Below, piece after piece: positions 49,233 through 63,804 of a DNA stretch of 64,000 bases. Each line of letters begins with the position of its first letter. Positions within the stretch are counted from its first letter, which is position 1. Position numbers and translations under genes: made by a program. The notes beneath the pieces are model-generated. The model was not told the DNA's origin. It saw nothing but the letters and a program-made list of their open reading frames with translations, and searched no databases. This stretch comes from Octopus vulgaris (taxonomy: Eukaryota), in the NCBI GenBank assembly GCA_951406725.2, contig OX597823.1, positions 83,142,001 to 83,206,000 of the forward strand, in the 5' to 3' direction.

Positions 49233-49940
49233 TTCTACTAATAATAATATTATTCTACTGCTAATAATCCTTTCTATTAAAGGCACAAGGCCTGAAATTT
49301 TGTGGGAGGGGGACTAGTCGATTACATAGGCCCCAGTGTTTCACTGGTTCTTAATTTATCCATCCTGAAAGGATAAAAAGCAAAATCGACCCCGACGAAA
49401 TTCGATCTCAGAAAGTAGCGACGGGCGAAATACCGCTAAGCATTTCGTCCAGCGTGTTAACGATTCTACCCGCTCACTACCTTACAGTCGCATTAATAAT
49501 CCTTTATGCTGTAGGTACAAGGCCTGAAATTTTGGAGAAAGGGATATTCAATTACATCGACCCAAGTGCTTGACTGCTACTTATTTTATCGACTCTGATA
49601 TGATGAAAGGCAAAATCGACCTCAGCGAAATTTGAATTTTGAACGTAACGGCCGACGAAATACCTATTTCTTTACTACCCACAAGGGGCTAAACACAGAG
49701 GGGACGAACAAGGACAGACAAACGGATTAAGTCGATTATATCGACCCCAATGCGTAACTGGTACTTATTTAATTGACCCCGAAAGGATGAAAGACAAAGT
49801 CGATGTCGGCGGAATTTGAACTCTGAACGTAGCGGCAGAGGAAATACCGCTAAGCATTTCGCCCGGCGTGCTAACGTTTCTGTCAACTCACCGCCATGGC
49901 GCGGCAACGATTCTGTCAGCCTGTCGCCTTCTGTCGCCTT
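48975..49940 (-). mobile_element. Cluster of 4 group C SINE units including a young nested copy
   Basis: Repeated Deu-like units with (AAT)n spacers; dimer-type junction at 49655-49685. Confidence 0.85.
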
Positions 49941-50027
49941 AATAATGAAAAGAATACTTTGTAATGCATTTGATCACATAATGTGGTCTCGGACGCTGGA
50001 AAAATGACATATGAATTTGAATCGTAT

Positions 50028-50440
50028 GACTCTTTACTCTTTACTCTTTTACTTGTTTCAGTCATTTGACTGTGGCCATGCTGGAGCACCGCCTTTAGTC
50101 GAGCAACTCGACCCCGGGACTTATTCTTTGTAAACCCAGTACTTATTCTATCGATCTCTTTTGTCGAACCGCTAAGTGACGGGGACGTAAACACACCAGC
50201 ATCGGTTGTCAAGCAATGCTAGGGGGACAAACACAGACACACAAACACATACACACACATATATATATACATATATACGACAGGCTTCTTTCAGTTTCCG
50301 TCTACCAAATCCACTCACAAGGCATTGGTCGGCCCGGGGCTATAGCAGAAGACACTTGCCCAAGATGCCACGCAGTCGGACTGAACCCGGAACCATGTGG
50401 TTGGTTAGCAAGCTACTTACCACACAGCCACTCCTGCGCC
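50028..50440 (-). mobile_element. Young full-length SINE group B
   Basis: Reverse complement of 27928-28377. Confidence 0.9.
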
Positions 50441-51124
50441 TGACTGTGTAAAATAATGTATTTGTTTCGGTATAATATTATGTTTGAAAAATTCACCGAT
50501 AGTAAGCCTCTGACAGCTATCTACCGGTGACTATTCACCGACCAAAACTTTTATGATTAAACAAGAGCGTTCTCTTAAGAGATGAAAACATCAGGACTGT
50601 GCTGAGAAAATAAAATGGCTTGTTAGCTCAACGCTTAATTATATATGTTTAACAGTAATTTGTCTGCATTTACGTTCTGATTTCAAATTCCTCCGAGGTT
50701 AACTTTGCCTTTCATTCCTTCGAGATTAATAAATTAAGTTCTAGCTGAGCACTGGGATAATCGACTTTCCCCTCCCCCGAAATTGCTGGCCATGTGCCAA
50801 AATTTGAAACCACTTATATTAATATATTAAAGACACTTAACTCACAAAGCCTCATTTTAGAACACGCTATTTGATATATCAATATTTAAAGCAAATTTTC
50901 ATTTTCATTTTTAAAATTTTTTTTTAAATATGGTATTAATTAATTAATAATTTGCTATTGGTGAATATGGATAATTACTTGTAAATGGAATTGGTAATCG
51001 ATTAATTATCGCAGAATTGTTGTCAGCGAATTTTCCTGTAGATTAAAAGGAAGGGGTGGTTGTTCGGATAGAGAGAAAAAAAGCAATATGCTTTTAGCAA
51101 TGAGAAATTCGAATATAACAAAAA

Positions 51125-52080
51125 TGGTTTCTGATTTAGGGGACAAGACCAGCAGTTTTGTGGTGAAGAGGATTAGTTGATACTATTTGACTGGTACTTT
51201 ATGTTTATCGGCTCCGGTGGAATAAAAAGTAAGATTGACATCGGTAGAATTTGAACTCAGAATGTAAAGAGCTAGCAGAAGCACTACAAAGTATTAATTC
51301 CGACGTTCTAACGATACTGCCAGATCGTCGCATATCGAACCCTAAACAATACTTCCTTATTTAGGTACAAGGCCGGAAATTCTTTTCTCCTCTAGGCACA
51401 AAGCCCGAAATTTTGGGGAAGGGGGCCAGTCGATTAGATCTACCCCAGTACGCGGCTGGTACTTGATTTATCGACCCCGAAAGGATGAAAGGTAAAGTCG
51501 ACTTTGGCAGAATTTGAACTCAGAACATAAAGACAGACGAAACACCGCTAAGCATTTCGTCCGGTGTGCTAACGTTTCTGCCAACTCGCTGCTTTACAAG
51601 GCCGGTAATTCTGACGGGAAGGATAAGTGTTAATACCATAAACTCCGGTACTGGACGCGTACTTCATTTTATCGACCCCGAATTGATAAAAGACAGAAAT
51701 ATGATTAGCGAGATTTGAGCTAAGAAGATAAACAACCGAAAACGAATATGAAATAATGGAGGAATGAAGGGCAAAATTGTTGTTAGCAAGATTTGGACAC
51801 AAAACGTACGGACGGACGGATGAAATGTTGCAAAGCATTTTGTCCAGCGCACTGACGATTCTGTCAACTCACCGCCTCTCGAGCATCAAATCCTAGTTTC
51901 AAGTGTTGACACTGAACTGGTGGGTTTTTGTGGAGAGGGGGAGGTCGATCATATTAATTCCACGTAAGGATGAGAAGCAAAGTCGACCTCGACGGAATTT
52001 AACCACAGAAAGTAAAGACGGACGAAATGCCACTAAGCATTTTGTTCGAACTGCTAACCATTCTGCCAGCTCGTCGCTTC
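51125..52080 (-). mobile_element. Cluster of group C SINEs; young copy nested with 18-bp TSD
   Basis: TSD TACAAGGCCGG(A/T)AATTCT at 51366-51383 and 51595-51612. Confidence 0.8.
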
Positions 52081-52519
52081 TCGAGTGTCAAACAGTTTAA
52101 ACAAAAGTGCTCTGAAGACAATTATAAATCTCCTGTTAGTAATCAAAGTCGTAATTCTAACTCAACTGTTTAAGAGCATCATCTAACTGAAAGAAACTCG
52201 CTGCTTCAAACACTGTTCATTTCTTTTGATTGGACACAAAATTAATTTTTATATGTAATAGATGATAGAATTAACCGTATATTAATGAAACATATTTTAT
52301 CAACTTCAGTGCAATGAAAAATAAACACCGAGAAATCGCTGTTGGCTATTTGCTTTCGGTGAATTTTTCACACATGATATTATTATATTGACTCAAAAAG
52401 AATATTTTTAGCCAGAAGCTTGCAACTCATTTGTCCAGTGTTTCAAGCTTATTAACTAGATAAAGGCATAACGAAAACGACCATCCTGTTTTTTTGTTTG
52501 TTTTTTTTTGTTTTTTTTA

Positions 52520-53337
52520 CCCTTTTACTCTTTTACTCTTTTACTTGTTTCAGTCATTTGACTGCGGCCATGCTGGAGCACCGCCTTTAGTCGAGCAAAT
52601 CGACCCCAGGACTTATTGTTTGGAAGCCTAGTACTTATTCTATCGGTCTCTTTTTGCCGAACCGCTAATTTACGGGGACGTAAATATACCAGCATCGGTT
52701 GTCAAGCGATGATGAGGGGACAAACACAGACACCCATACACACCCATACACACACATACAAATACGTATATATATATATAGATATATACAAGATAAGAAA
52801 ATGGAGAAATACATCTAAATCAAATATCAATTACCAGATAATACTCAATCACATACTTTATTAAACCACCACATAAGAGACTGTAGGGTTAAATATAAAA
52901 AGCAGAACAAATCAGTGTACATAAAGGAATGTACATAAAAAAGTGTACATAAAAGAGTATCTCTTTTATATATATTCTACTTATTATACAACATTACTCT
53001 TTTATGTACACTTTTTTATGTACATTCCTTTATAAACACTGATTAGTTCTGCTTTTTATATTTAACCCTACAGTCTCGTATGTGGTGGTTTAATAAAGTA
53101 TGTGATTGAGTATTATCTGGTAATTGATATTTGATTTAGATGTATTTCTCCATTTTCTTATCTTGTATTAGTAATTTATGGTAAAACATTTTACCTTTGC
53201 CCATATAATACAGTAAATGAATTGATTGCATCGCAATCATTAACATTTATGTATTAACTTTGTTGGGTACTTCACTAGCAGTATATTGGATATATGTTAT
53301 CCCATGGAGGGTTGCATTTACAACCTCTATCTCAATT

Positions 53338-53402
<65 letters not shown>

Positions 53403-53565
53403 GACGGGCTTCTTCCAGTTTCCATCTACGAAATCCACTTACAAGGCTTTGGTCGGCCCGAAGCTATAGTAGAAGACACTTGCCCAAGGCGCCACGCAGT
53501 GGAACTGAACCCGGAACCATGTGGCTGGTAAGCAAGCTACTTACCACACAGCTACTCCTACGCCT
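52520..53565 (-). mobile_element. Young SINE group B split by an insertion in its internal microsatellite
   Basis: 3' half at 52520-52780, 5' half at 53400-53565. Confidence 0.85.
52786..53340. repeat. 174-bp near-perfect inverted repeat with 35-nt spacer and one-sided extension
   Basis: Arms at 52786-52959 and 52995-53168, about 4 mismatches; flanked by (TA)n. Confidence 0.9.
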
Positions 53566-54399
53566 ATATTTTCCATTGATCCAATAAGCTCATTTGCCAA
53601 AATAATTCACATCCATCAAGCTTCATCACAAAATTTCAATGGATCCTGTCTCAGGTGAATACATGTCATTTAACCTATATTTGGGACCCTGGATCCTGAT
53701 ACTACACCAGGTCAGAGTAGACCTGAGAATAATAATGGCTAAGAGATGGTTCCACACTCCTCAAAACCTTGGAAACAGGGCCCCACAAGCAGATGCAATT
53801 TAAAACCATACCCAGGATTTATACTCAAGTAAATACGGTAAATATTCTGAGAGATATAATACAGTGCTCCAGCTTCCCTATTAACTCATCTTTACGTTTG
53901 ATTTCCAAAATATTGATTTCTATCTTCGATATAAGGCCACAGTTTTTGGGAGCGAGAAACCAATAAATTATATCGAATCCTGTCATTAACATCGACTAAT
54001 AATTATTTTAGTAATAGCAAAAGAATGAAAAGTTGCATCGATCTTAGTAGGGTTCGAAAAAAAAAAGGATTCAAAGCGACATAACTAATATGAGAAGCAA
54101 GGCACTATTTGAACCAGCCTATTGATCGAATTCTCCGTTTCCTGTTGCTGTGTTGTGTTATGTATCACCAAAGAGATTTTAACGACCAAACGTCCACTAC
54201 AACTCATTCTAAATAGACCTTATTGAGAGGTGCAGCTAGCTGTTTTGTTTTAGTTAGATGCCCTTTTAAACTAAGTATTGTTTTATTAGCTTGCTGAAAA
54301 CCATTCCGATATTACAGCAGTCAAAACTTGAGACAAGATAGTTTCCAAATATAATTATATATTGAGAGAGAGATATAGATATACATACATACATACATG

Positions 54400-54458
<59 letters not shown>

Positions 54459-54459
54459 T

Positions 54460-54817
54460 CTTACATGTAACACACTGCCTAAATACCAATCGAGAGAAAT
54501 TAGGCTTCTCAAAACCAGAAAGGAAAAAGCTAATTCAAAGACTACCCATCCAATCCATCATTGAAACTGTATAAATCTGTAAAACTTTCCAGAAGTTTAT
54601 CATTTAAATATGTATGAGCTTGTCTAGGTGTTCAACTACAAGCATGAGAATACATAGATAAAGCAAAACGTACAAATCTGTACATATACATACATACGTA
54701 CTTACATACAAAAATACCTTGCTGATGTTGAAATTCCAACGAAGGAGCCTCGGATTTAGGTTAGAAACCGATTCTTTCTCTATTGGCAAGAAATCTTGAA
54801 ATAAAACTGAACAATCA
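54460..54817 (+). mobile_element. 3' end of the same REL non-LTR family as 9870-10367, followed by (CATA)n
   Basis: VTHCLNTNREKLGFSKPERKKL...ICKTFQKFII*; shared AATCTGTAAAACTTTCCAGAAGTTTATCATTTAA and terminal TAAAACTGAA.AAT. Confidence 0.8.
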
Positions 54818-54858
54818 CTCACATACATACATACATACATACATACATACATACACAC

Positions 54859-54891
<33 letters not shown>

Positions 54892-55299
54892 TACATACAT
54901 ACATACATACATACACATACATACATACATACATACATACATACATACATACATACATACATACATACATACATACATACATACATACATACATACATAC
55001 ATACATCATAAAGTCAGGAGATGTGAGAGGTGAAGATAAGTTATTTTTCCATATGAATTCCATATGATTACAACCATTTCGTAACTTTCTTCGTGTAGTC
55101 TTACAACGAAAGTTGTATCGTAGATGTAACCATGTTTTGGTATCTGATGAGTTATCGTTCTTTAATTCCATTAATTTGTGAATATACAAATGTTTTGTAT
55201 GATACTAAGCATACATATTGATGAAAACATGTACGTGTAATATTTTGTGAACTGAAATTTACTCCTCACTGAAAAATCTGAAAGACATGAAAAGGACGG

Positions 55300-55750
55300 A
55301 AGGAATTTGAACACGGAACGAAGAACTGGACGAAATACCTATTTCTTCACTACCCACTAGGGGCTAAACATAGAGAGGACAAACAAGGACAGACAAACGG
55401 ATCAAGACGATTACATCAACCCCAGTGTGTAACTGGTACTTAATTTATCGACCCCGAAAGGATGAAAGGCAAAGTCGACCTCGGCGGAATTTGAACTCAG
55501 AACGTAACAGCAGACGAAATACGGCTACGCATTTCGCCCGGCGTGCTAACGTTTCAAATTTTGGCACAAGGCCAGCAACTTCAGGGAAGGAGATAAGTCG
55601 ATTACATCGACTCCAGTATTCAACTGGTTCTTATTTTATTGACCCCGAAAAGATAAAAGGCAAAGTCGACCTCAGCGGAATTTGAACTCAAAACATAGAA
55701 ATGCCGCTAAGCAGTTTTACGTCATGGTAACGATTCTACCAGGTGCCACC
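55300..55750 (-). mobile_element. Group C SINE cluster with dimer-type junction
   Basis: GACGAAATACCTATTTCTTCACTACCCAC at ~55330-55358. Confidence 0.8.
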
Positions 55751-56656
55751 TTTTAATGACATATAATGGTGATACCGATATTACACATCAAAACGCTCAT
55801 CCTGCGAAGTAACAACATTCATAAATAAGGCACCGTTGCTCTTATAAATATTTACGCCTGATTTTTTTTACTCGCATCGACCCACTCAACAGATGTGCTT
55901 ATTGGGAAAAAGTATAGTCGACTTTTGCACGAGATATATGGAAAATTACAGAGCTTTTGGCCAAAAATAGTGATTTTTATGTACGCACAGGGTGTCTTTC
56001 AGAATAGTAACCAACCCCAATCTTTATGAAACCCCTTTACTCATTCCTTTTTCTCAAATGTATAATTATAAAGATATTTGAACCCACACTCCTCAATGAA
56101 TGTTTTGGTTAATGGTGTTAAATTGGCAGAAGCTATTGAAAACCAGTCTAAATTCAATTTCGTTTTGGGCTCCAGAAATCTTCCTATCATCCTATCACCC
56201 TCGGAAGTCAATAAATGAATTACCATAAATTATATTGAAATCGATTTCATCGACTATAGGTCAACCTGACAAACGTTGGCCTCGTACATCTGATCAGAAT
56301 AAATTATACAATACTATAGTATTTTTTGATAATTTAGTCACGATGATGGGGCTGCGTGAATGACCTTTTGTACCCCCTCTGAGAATAAGGATATTGATGT
56401 TTACAGTGAATCAATTCAAGAATAATATGAGCAGAAATATTAGCTCTAGAAGGCGGATGTTCTTGGGAAGGACTATTTGAAAAAACTGATTAGTACGAAG
56501 CAACGAAAGAATTAGAAACAGAGAAGACGGCTGTATTAGGTGAGCTAGGGGTAGGTGCAGAATGCGTCTACTTAGTTGAACAAAACACAGGCTTTTAGTA
56601 ATGAGCAGCTGATGGTCAATCTAAGAAAAGTTTGAACAGGCAGGTTAGCTCTAGAC

Positions 56657-57419
<763 letters not shown>

Positions 57420-57489
57420 CTCTTGACTGAATTTTCCGGATTTCTGATAATGACTTTTTAGAAGACCTAATAAAACTCGTTAATCCTCA

Positions 57490-57570
<81 letters not shown>

Positions 57571-58467
57571 ACTCTCTCTCTCTCTCGTTTGGAATATATT
57601 TGAAATGAGAGAAACAGGAAGAAATGAAAATATAATCTAGGTAAAGAACAAGCTTTATTCAACTAAATGCCGTAAAATAGAATTCAGTCTTGCATTTTGA
57701 GAAGCAATAATCCACTTTAGATACAACAGAAATTTTCTGTTTTTAATGACAATTAATTAAACAATTAACACAAATTAACACAAATTCTCTTGCCTCTAAT
57801 TAACAACACATTCTCTTTAATTTTTACTTTTATTTATTTATTTTTTTTTTTTTTTGGTGCCGATTATTTAAGAGCGCCGGTTATTTGAATACCGGATAAG
57901 AGGGAGTTTACTGTACTTAGAGAAAAAGGAGGTTTGTGTATCCAAGGAACTTATTCCGACTAGGTATAGTTTCTGAATGGAAAATAGGCATCGGTCATTG
58001 ACTCAGTGCAGCATTAGCAGCATGCTATAAACAGATTCTTCTTAGAACAGAGGAGGAATAACTGTTATCTTGGCAAGCAGTGACTCTTGTAATGCATCAG
58101 AAATCTTTGAAATAGTTAAGCTTTGATAAATAAGATTCAATCATCGATCCCACAGCGTCTCCCCAGATAACATATATCCTACCAATGCCTAAATATTCAT
58201 CCAACCTAGCGATGTTCGGTGTTGCTTAAGTCCAAGTAATAAGCGAATAATTAACTTGGTTCAGTCACTAGACTGTGGCCATGCAGGGGCACTACTTTGA
58301 AAGTGAGATGCTTACAACATTTATGTTTGCCAAACGGTCACAAATCTAGGTACTAACTAGGCTCAACGTTACGTAAATTCGAGAAACGGACGAAAACCGT
58401 TGATTTCAACGTGAAATGACCAAAATGTTTAAATTAAAAGCAATATCACTTACATGTATTATATATA

Positions 58468-58847
58468 CACTTGCGTCAGAAATTAATTAGCACTTCTCAA
58501 ATTTCTACATTAAATAGGTTAAATCAATTAACCTATGAGCTGTTCAAAACGTCTTACGCGATGAGAAAACTTTGTATGGTGTGATTTCGGTCCTTGCGAG
58601 GCGCTACCTATATCTATTAAACAAAGGAAGATTTGTCTGCATCCGCACTCCAAGTTGTTGTTGCACTGCTATGTCAACATCATAAGGCTGTAGACTCTCA
58701 AACTGCTCTGCAAACAAAGTTACGTCATCGTTCTGCGCAACAGTGAACTCGCAACAAAGCAATAGTTCGAGATATGGCCACTAGGTGACAGCACATACCT
58801 TGAGTGAAGAGCAAATCAAGGGTGCTAATTAATTTCTGACGGTTGTG
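58468..58847. mobile_element. Tc1/mariner-type MITE
   Basis: 26-bp TIR CAC...CGTCAGAAATTAATTAGCAC (3 mismatches), TA on both sides. Confidence 0.85.
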
Positions 58848-59057
58848 TACATACACACACGCACATACATACATATGTATATATATATGTATATATGTAT
58901 ATATATATATGTATATATATATATATGTATATATATATGTCTATGTATATGTATATATATATATACGCACCTGCGTGGCGATGCGGTAAGATGTTTGCTT
59001 CCCAACTACATAGTTCCAGTTTCAGTCCCACTCCGTCACAGCTTAATAAAGGATCTT

Positions 59058-59462
59058 CTTATTTCTTTATTGCCCACAAGGGGCTAAACATAGAGGTCAC
59101 AAACAAGAACAGACAAACGGATCAAGTCGATTACATCAACCCCAGTGTGGAACTGGTACTTAATTTATCGACCCCGAAAGGATGAAAGGCAAAGTCGACC
59201 TCGGCGGAATTTGAACTCAGAACGTAACGGCAGACGAAATACCTATTTCTTGACCACCCACAAGAGGCTAAACACAGAGAGGACAAACAAGGACAGACAA
59301 ACGGATTAAGTCGATTATATCGACCCTGTACGTAACTGGTACTATTTAATCCACTCCGAAATAATGAAAGGTAAAGTCGACCTCGGCGGAATTTGAACTC
59401 AGAACGTAGCGGCGGACGAAATACGGCTAAGCATTTCGCCCGGCGTGCTAACGTTTCTGCCT
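59058..59462 (-). mobile_element. Dimeric young group C SINE inserted into a group B SINE
   Basis: Same two-unit structure as 18978-19390; host halves at 58965-59055 and 59470-59700. Confidence 0.85.
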
Positions 59463-59549
59463 TGCTAAAGGATCATCTGCTATAATCTCGGACTGACCAA
59501 AGCCTTTTGAGTGGATTTGCTAAACTCTGTGTGTGTGTGTTTCTGTGTG

Positions 59550-59581
<32 letters not shown>

Positions 59582-59935
59582 AGTGTATGTGTGTGTGTGT
59601 GAGAGAGAGACTCTATTTCTCCACTCCATACCCCCATCGCTTGATAACCGGTGTAGGTATATTTATGTCTTGGCACCTTAGCAGTTCAGCAAAACATTTC
59701 TTCTTGTTTCAGTCATTGGACACCTTGAAGGGTTTTAGTCGAATAAGTCGATCCCAGTTCTTAGTATTTTTTTTTAAAGTCTGGTACTTATTACTCTCTT
59801 TTGCCGCACCGCTAAGTTACAAAGACTTAAACACACCATTACCTGTTGTCAAGGGGTGGGGGAAACAAACACAAAAACAAAGACACACACATACATATAT
59901 GAATATTGAAATTTAATTATGTGTACATATATATA

Positions 59936-59971
<36 letters not shown>

Positions 59972-60440
59972 TGTATGTATGTGTGTGTGTATATGTATGT
60001 ATGTATATATATATATATATCGTTTTGAATAGCGAACAGACTCAACAACTACTGAAAATGTTGCAAGACGCAACGAAAATTTTTGAAAAATAAATAAGTA
60101 AATGAGTGGAAACTTTACCGGTGAGTGTGTTAAATTATAAAAAAGAATGACTCTCCGCAGATACAACAGAATATATATTTAACGGGTTTCTTTCAGCTTC
60201 CGTCAACCAAATCGACTCAAAAAATCATTGATCGTTCCGGGGCTATAAAAGAAGAGACCTGCCCAAGGTAGCGTGAACAACTCAATCAACTTTTTAATAT
60301 AAAGTGCATATTGACTATTTTTATATACATGAGCTTGACATTTGTTATATATGTGTGAAAAATAATGGACAGCAATATAAACTACGTTGTTAGCTATTTT
60401 TTAAATACATTCCATCGTAAATACACACACAGGCGCGCGC

Positions 60441-60515
<75 letters not shown>

Positions 60516-60854
60516 TATAAATGTATATTAGTGTGTGTATGTGTATGTGGTATGACTGCGTGTGTATGCGTGTGTGTGAGCATTAATAGTTCACTCCAGA
60601 TATTTCGCACATCGAAATATATGTAAGTCAATATATATGTATGCATGTAAATGTACACACTACGCATATATGCATATATATATATATATATACGTATACG
60701 TATAAACGTATACATATATATTTGTACATATGCGTGCTTGTGCATGTATATGCATATATGTATATACTTATGTATGTGTGTGTATATATATATATATACA
60801 TGTGTGTGCGTATGTATACATATACATACATATATACACACACACACACATATA

Positions 60855-60946
<92 letters not shown>

Positions 60947-61162
60947 CACACATAAGTAGATAATAACGAATAGATAGATTGCATGATAAAAATGATGGAG
61001 AGATATTTGAAAAACCGCATTGAAAATGATTATCAATAGTGGCAATATATGAACGTACATTTTTTTTAACGAATCACTTACACACACATACACACATACA
61101 CACATACATACATACATACATACATACATACATACATACATACATACACTTATATATACACT

Positions 61163-61200
<38 letters not shown>

Positions 61201-62101
61201 GCGTATTACATCCTACCATTTGGCCACATGTTTTGTGAGAGTTATTTTCGTCGGAATGAAATCGATTGCGATTTTGATTTGGCTAGCTACGGACACATCA
61301 CCAAAGTTAGTCTACATACAATTCCTGGCAGAATTGGCAATCGATAGAACAAAAGTGTTAAAAGGTGTTAGAACAAAAATAAAATAAAATAAAATAAATT
61401 ATCCGCTTTGTGTAAATGCAATAGAAATTCACATAAATTAAAAGCTGTATAATGGAACGAAAAGGAACATTTAAATAATTTAATAAATCATTATTTCTTG
61501 GTTTTTCATTCTAAGTTTTTAACACAATATTCTGGAAGAAATTAAAATATAGCTTGAGGTAGTTCTTATTTTTGTTTTGGTGTTGCTGCGACGCGACGCT
61601 CATTCCAACGTTGTCGTAGTCTATCGATTTTAGATCGTTTATTGGTGGATTAGAGGAATCGTTAGCTCGTCGGACAAATTACATTGCGGTATTCTGTTCT
61701 AAGCTCTTTACTTGCAAATTTAAATTTCGCTGATGTCAGCTTTTCCTTTCATCCTTCCGAGGATCAATAAAATAAAAGACTTTTAAATTTTGGGGTCGAT
61801 TTAATCAACATTTTCTTCCCCCAAATATCTTTTGGGTTTGTATCTATGTAGAATCATAGGAGCTAAGGTTTTGCAAACTGTCGGACAAAATACCTGGTAG
61901 TCATTCTTCCGGTTATTTACGTTCTCAGATCAAATTTGCTTTTTATCCCCCTAAGGTCGATTGGGATAAGGCACCATGCAAATACTGAGACCTATGTATA
62001 TGAGCGTACAGTGTGCGAGAGGTATTCGAGGACATGTGTGGAAATTTAATTCACCAGATTTTATCTATTAAAAACGAAATATATTTTTGTAAAGATTTTT
62101 G

Positions 62102-62500
62102 TAGGCGCAAGGCGTCAATGCGTGATAAGACGTCTGCTTCCCAGCAACATGGTTCCAGGTTCATTCCACTGCGTGGCGCCTTGGGAAAGTGTCTTCTACT
62201 ATAACTTCAAGCTGATTTGATGGACGGAAACTGAAAGAAGCCCGTCGTATATGTGTATGAGTGTGTGTGTTTGTGTGTGAATGTGTGTGGTTGTATGTGT
62301 CTGTGTGTGTATTTATCGGTGTCTTTGTATTTGTCGACAATACCGCTTGACAACCGGTGTTAGTGTGTTTGCGTTCCCGTAACTTAGATCAATCGAATTA
62401 GTGCCGAACCTTACATAAAAGTTAAATACTGAGGTCGATTTATTCAACTACAATTCTTCGAGGTGGTGCCCCAGCATGGCCGGAGTTTAACAACTGAAAG
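62102..62500 (+). mobile_element. SINE group B, diverged
   Basis: AGGCGCAAGG...CCACTGCGTGGCGCCTTGGGAAAGTGTCTT...CCAGCATGGCCG. Confidence 0.8.
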
Positions 62501-62599
62501 ACGTGTAAGGCATGTTTTCATTTAGGATTATTTTATGAATTCGCCTTCAGCTTCGTTAACTCAGGACCCTGTTCATTTCAGACATCACCTGGAGAACAG

Positions 62600-63330
62600 C
62601 GGCCTCAAGTGACGCTATGTTATTGGGAAGATGTCGATTAGTCTTCTTTTCAACCCTGCTCCGAACCTAGCAATCGGTTGGATTTATATCTGAAGTGTTT
62701 GGGGACCACAAGTCTGAGCTGCATGGACTTTAAAGAATGTCTGGCAGCCATTTTTAGATTACACGGGTTTTGTGAGAAGGCAGTGAGTCTTGTTAAAACA
62801 CGTATTGCCCACTACTGCGTACTGCATCCATCCAAGGCTTTACAATGTATTCAGGAACGTTAATTCTATGACCCTGTGAGAAAATGTGAGGCGGCAGCAC
62901 ATGCGTTCATCATTCATGGCCCCTAAAACCAACACAATTGTTGGAAATTTAGTGTACATCACTCTAGGGACATCACCAGGATCTGCACAAAACCAGCTGT
63001 TATTCCTTCCGTAAGACTTTTCGTATTGGTCGAATATTTTCCCATCAGAGAAGAACCAAAGCATGCTATGTTCGTGGAGGGATTTAATTTTGTTAAGTAA
63101 CCGCGTGACACGGATCAAACGGTTTTCCTGTCTTTGCAGACATGAACTGGCCTCTCTTCAGTATATACGACTTCTATCGAATGCCTCACAGATCTAATAG
63201 TCCACTACAACATCTTGCGTTCTTTGGAAATAGCCCAATGGGTCTCATTGACTTTTCGGTACCTGCATCGATAAAGTTTTAAAGCTGAGATAAATTTTCG
63301 GTGTCTTTAGAGTGTCCAAAAGTTCAGAAC
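62600..63330 (-). mobile_element. Decayed Tc1/mariner-superfamily transposase (DD37D/maT-like)
   Basis: RLLNKIK...MLWFFSDGKIFDQ...NNSWFCADPGDVPRVMYTKFPTIVLVLG and downstream WSPNTSDINPTD (cf. FSDEK.F, WPPNSPDLNPLD). Confidence 0.8.
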
Positions 63331-63804
63331 GTTCTTTCTGATTGATACTGTTGAAACACAGCCCCCCCCCCCCCCGCTTCCAATTCCATCCCAACTTTAT
63401 GTACAAAATATTTTGTAGCCTTTAAAAAGCTATCAAGTTCTAAATCTCCGCATTCTGCATATATGGTAACAATAACTGCATCACTTTTTATTTCTTGTGT
63501 TAGCATTTAGCATTTTGTCTATCCTCGGGAATCTGGAAGTAATAAAACTTTTTAATTGCTTTGAAAAGAGAAATATAGTAATAATTAAGTGTTCTATAAT
63601 AGCTCTAGCACCTTGTATTTATCTCATATATATGTCGGAGCAGGCACAGCAAAATTGACACCGGGAGGGTTTGAACACCGGATGTAGAGAGCCAGAAGAA
63701 ATATCAAAGCATTTTTGCTAAGCTCTAGCGATTCTCTGAAACTTCACCCACCCTAAATAAGAATAGTATGATAAAAACGAAAAGCCATATTATAGAAATT
63801 AGAT

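Noticed and set aside
57880-57915. CCGGATAAGAGGGAGTTTACTGTA pogo/Tigger-like terminus
   Set aside because: No matching opposite TIR found.
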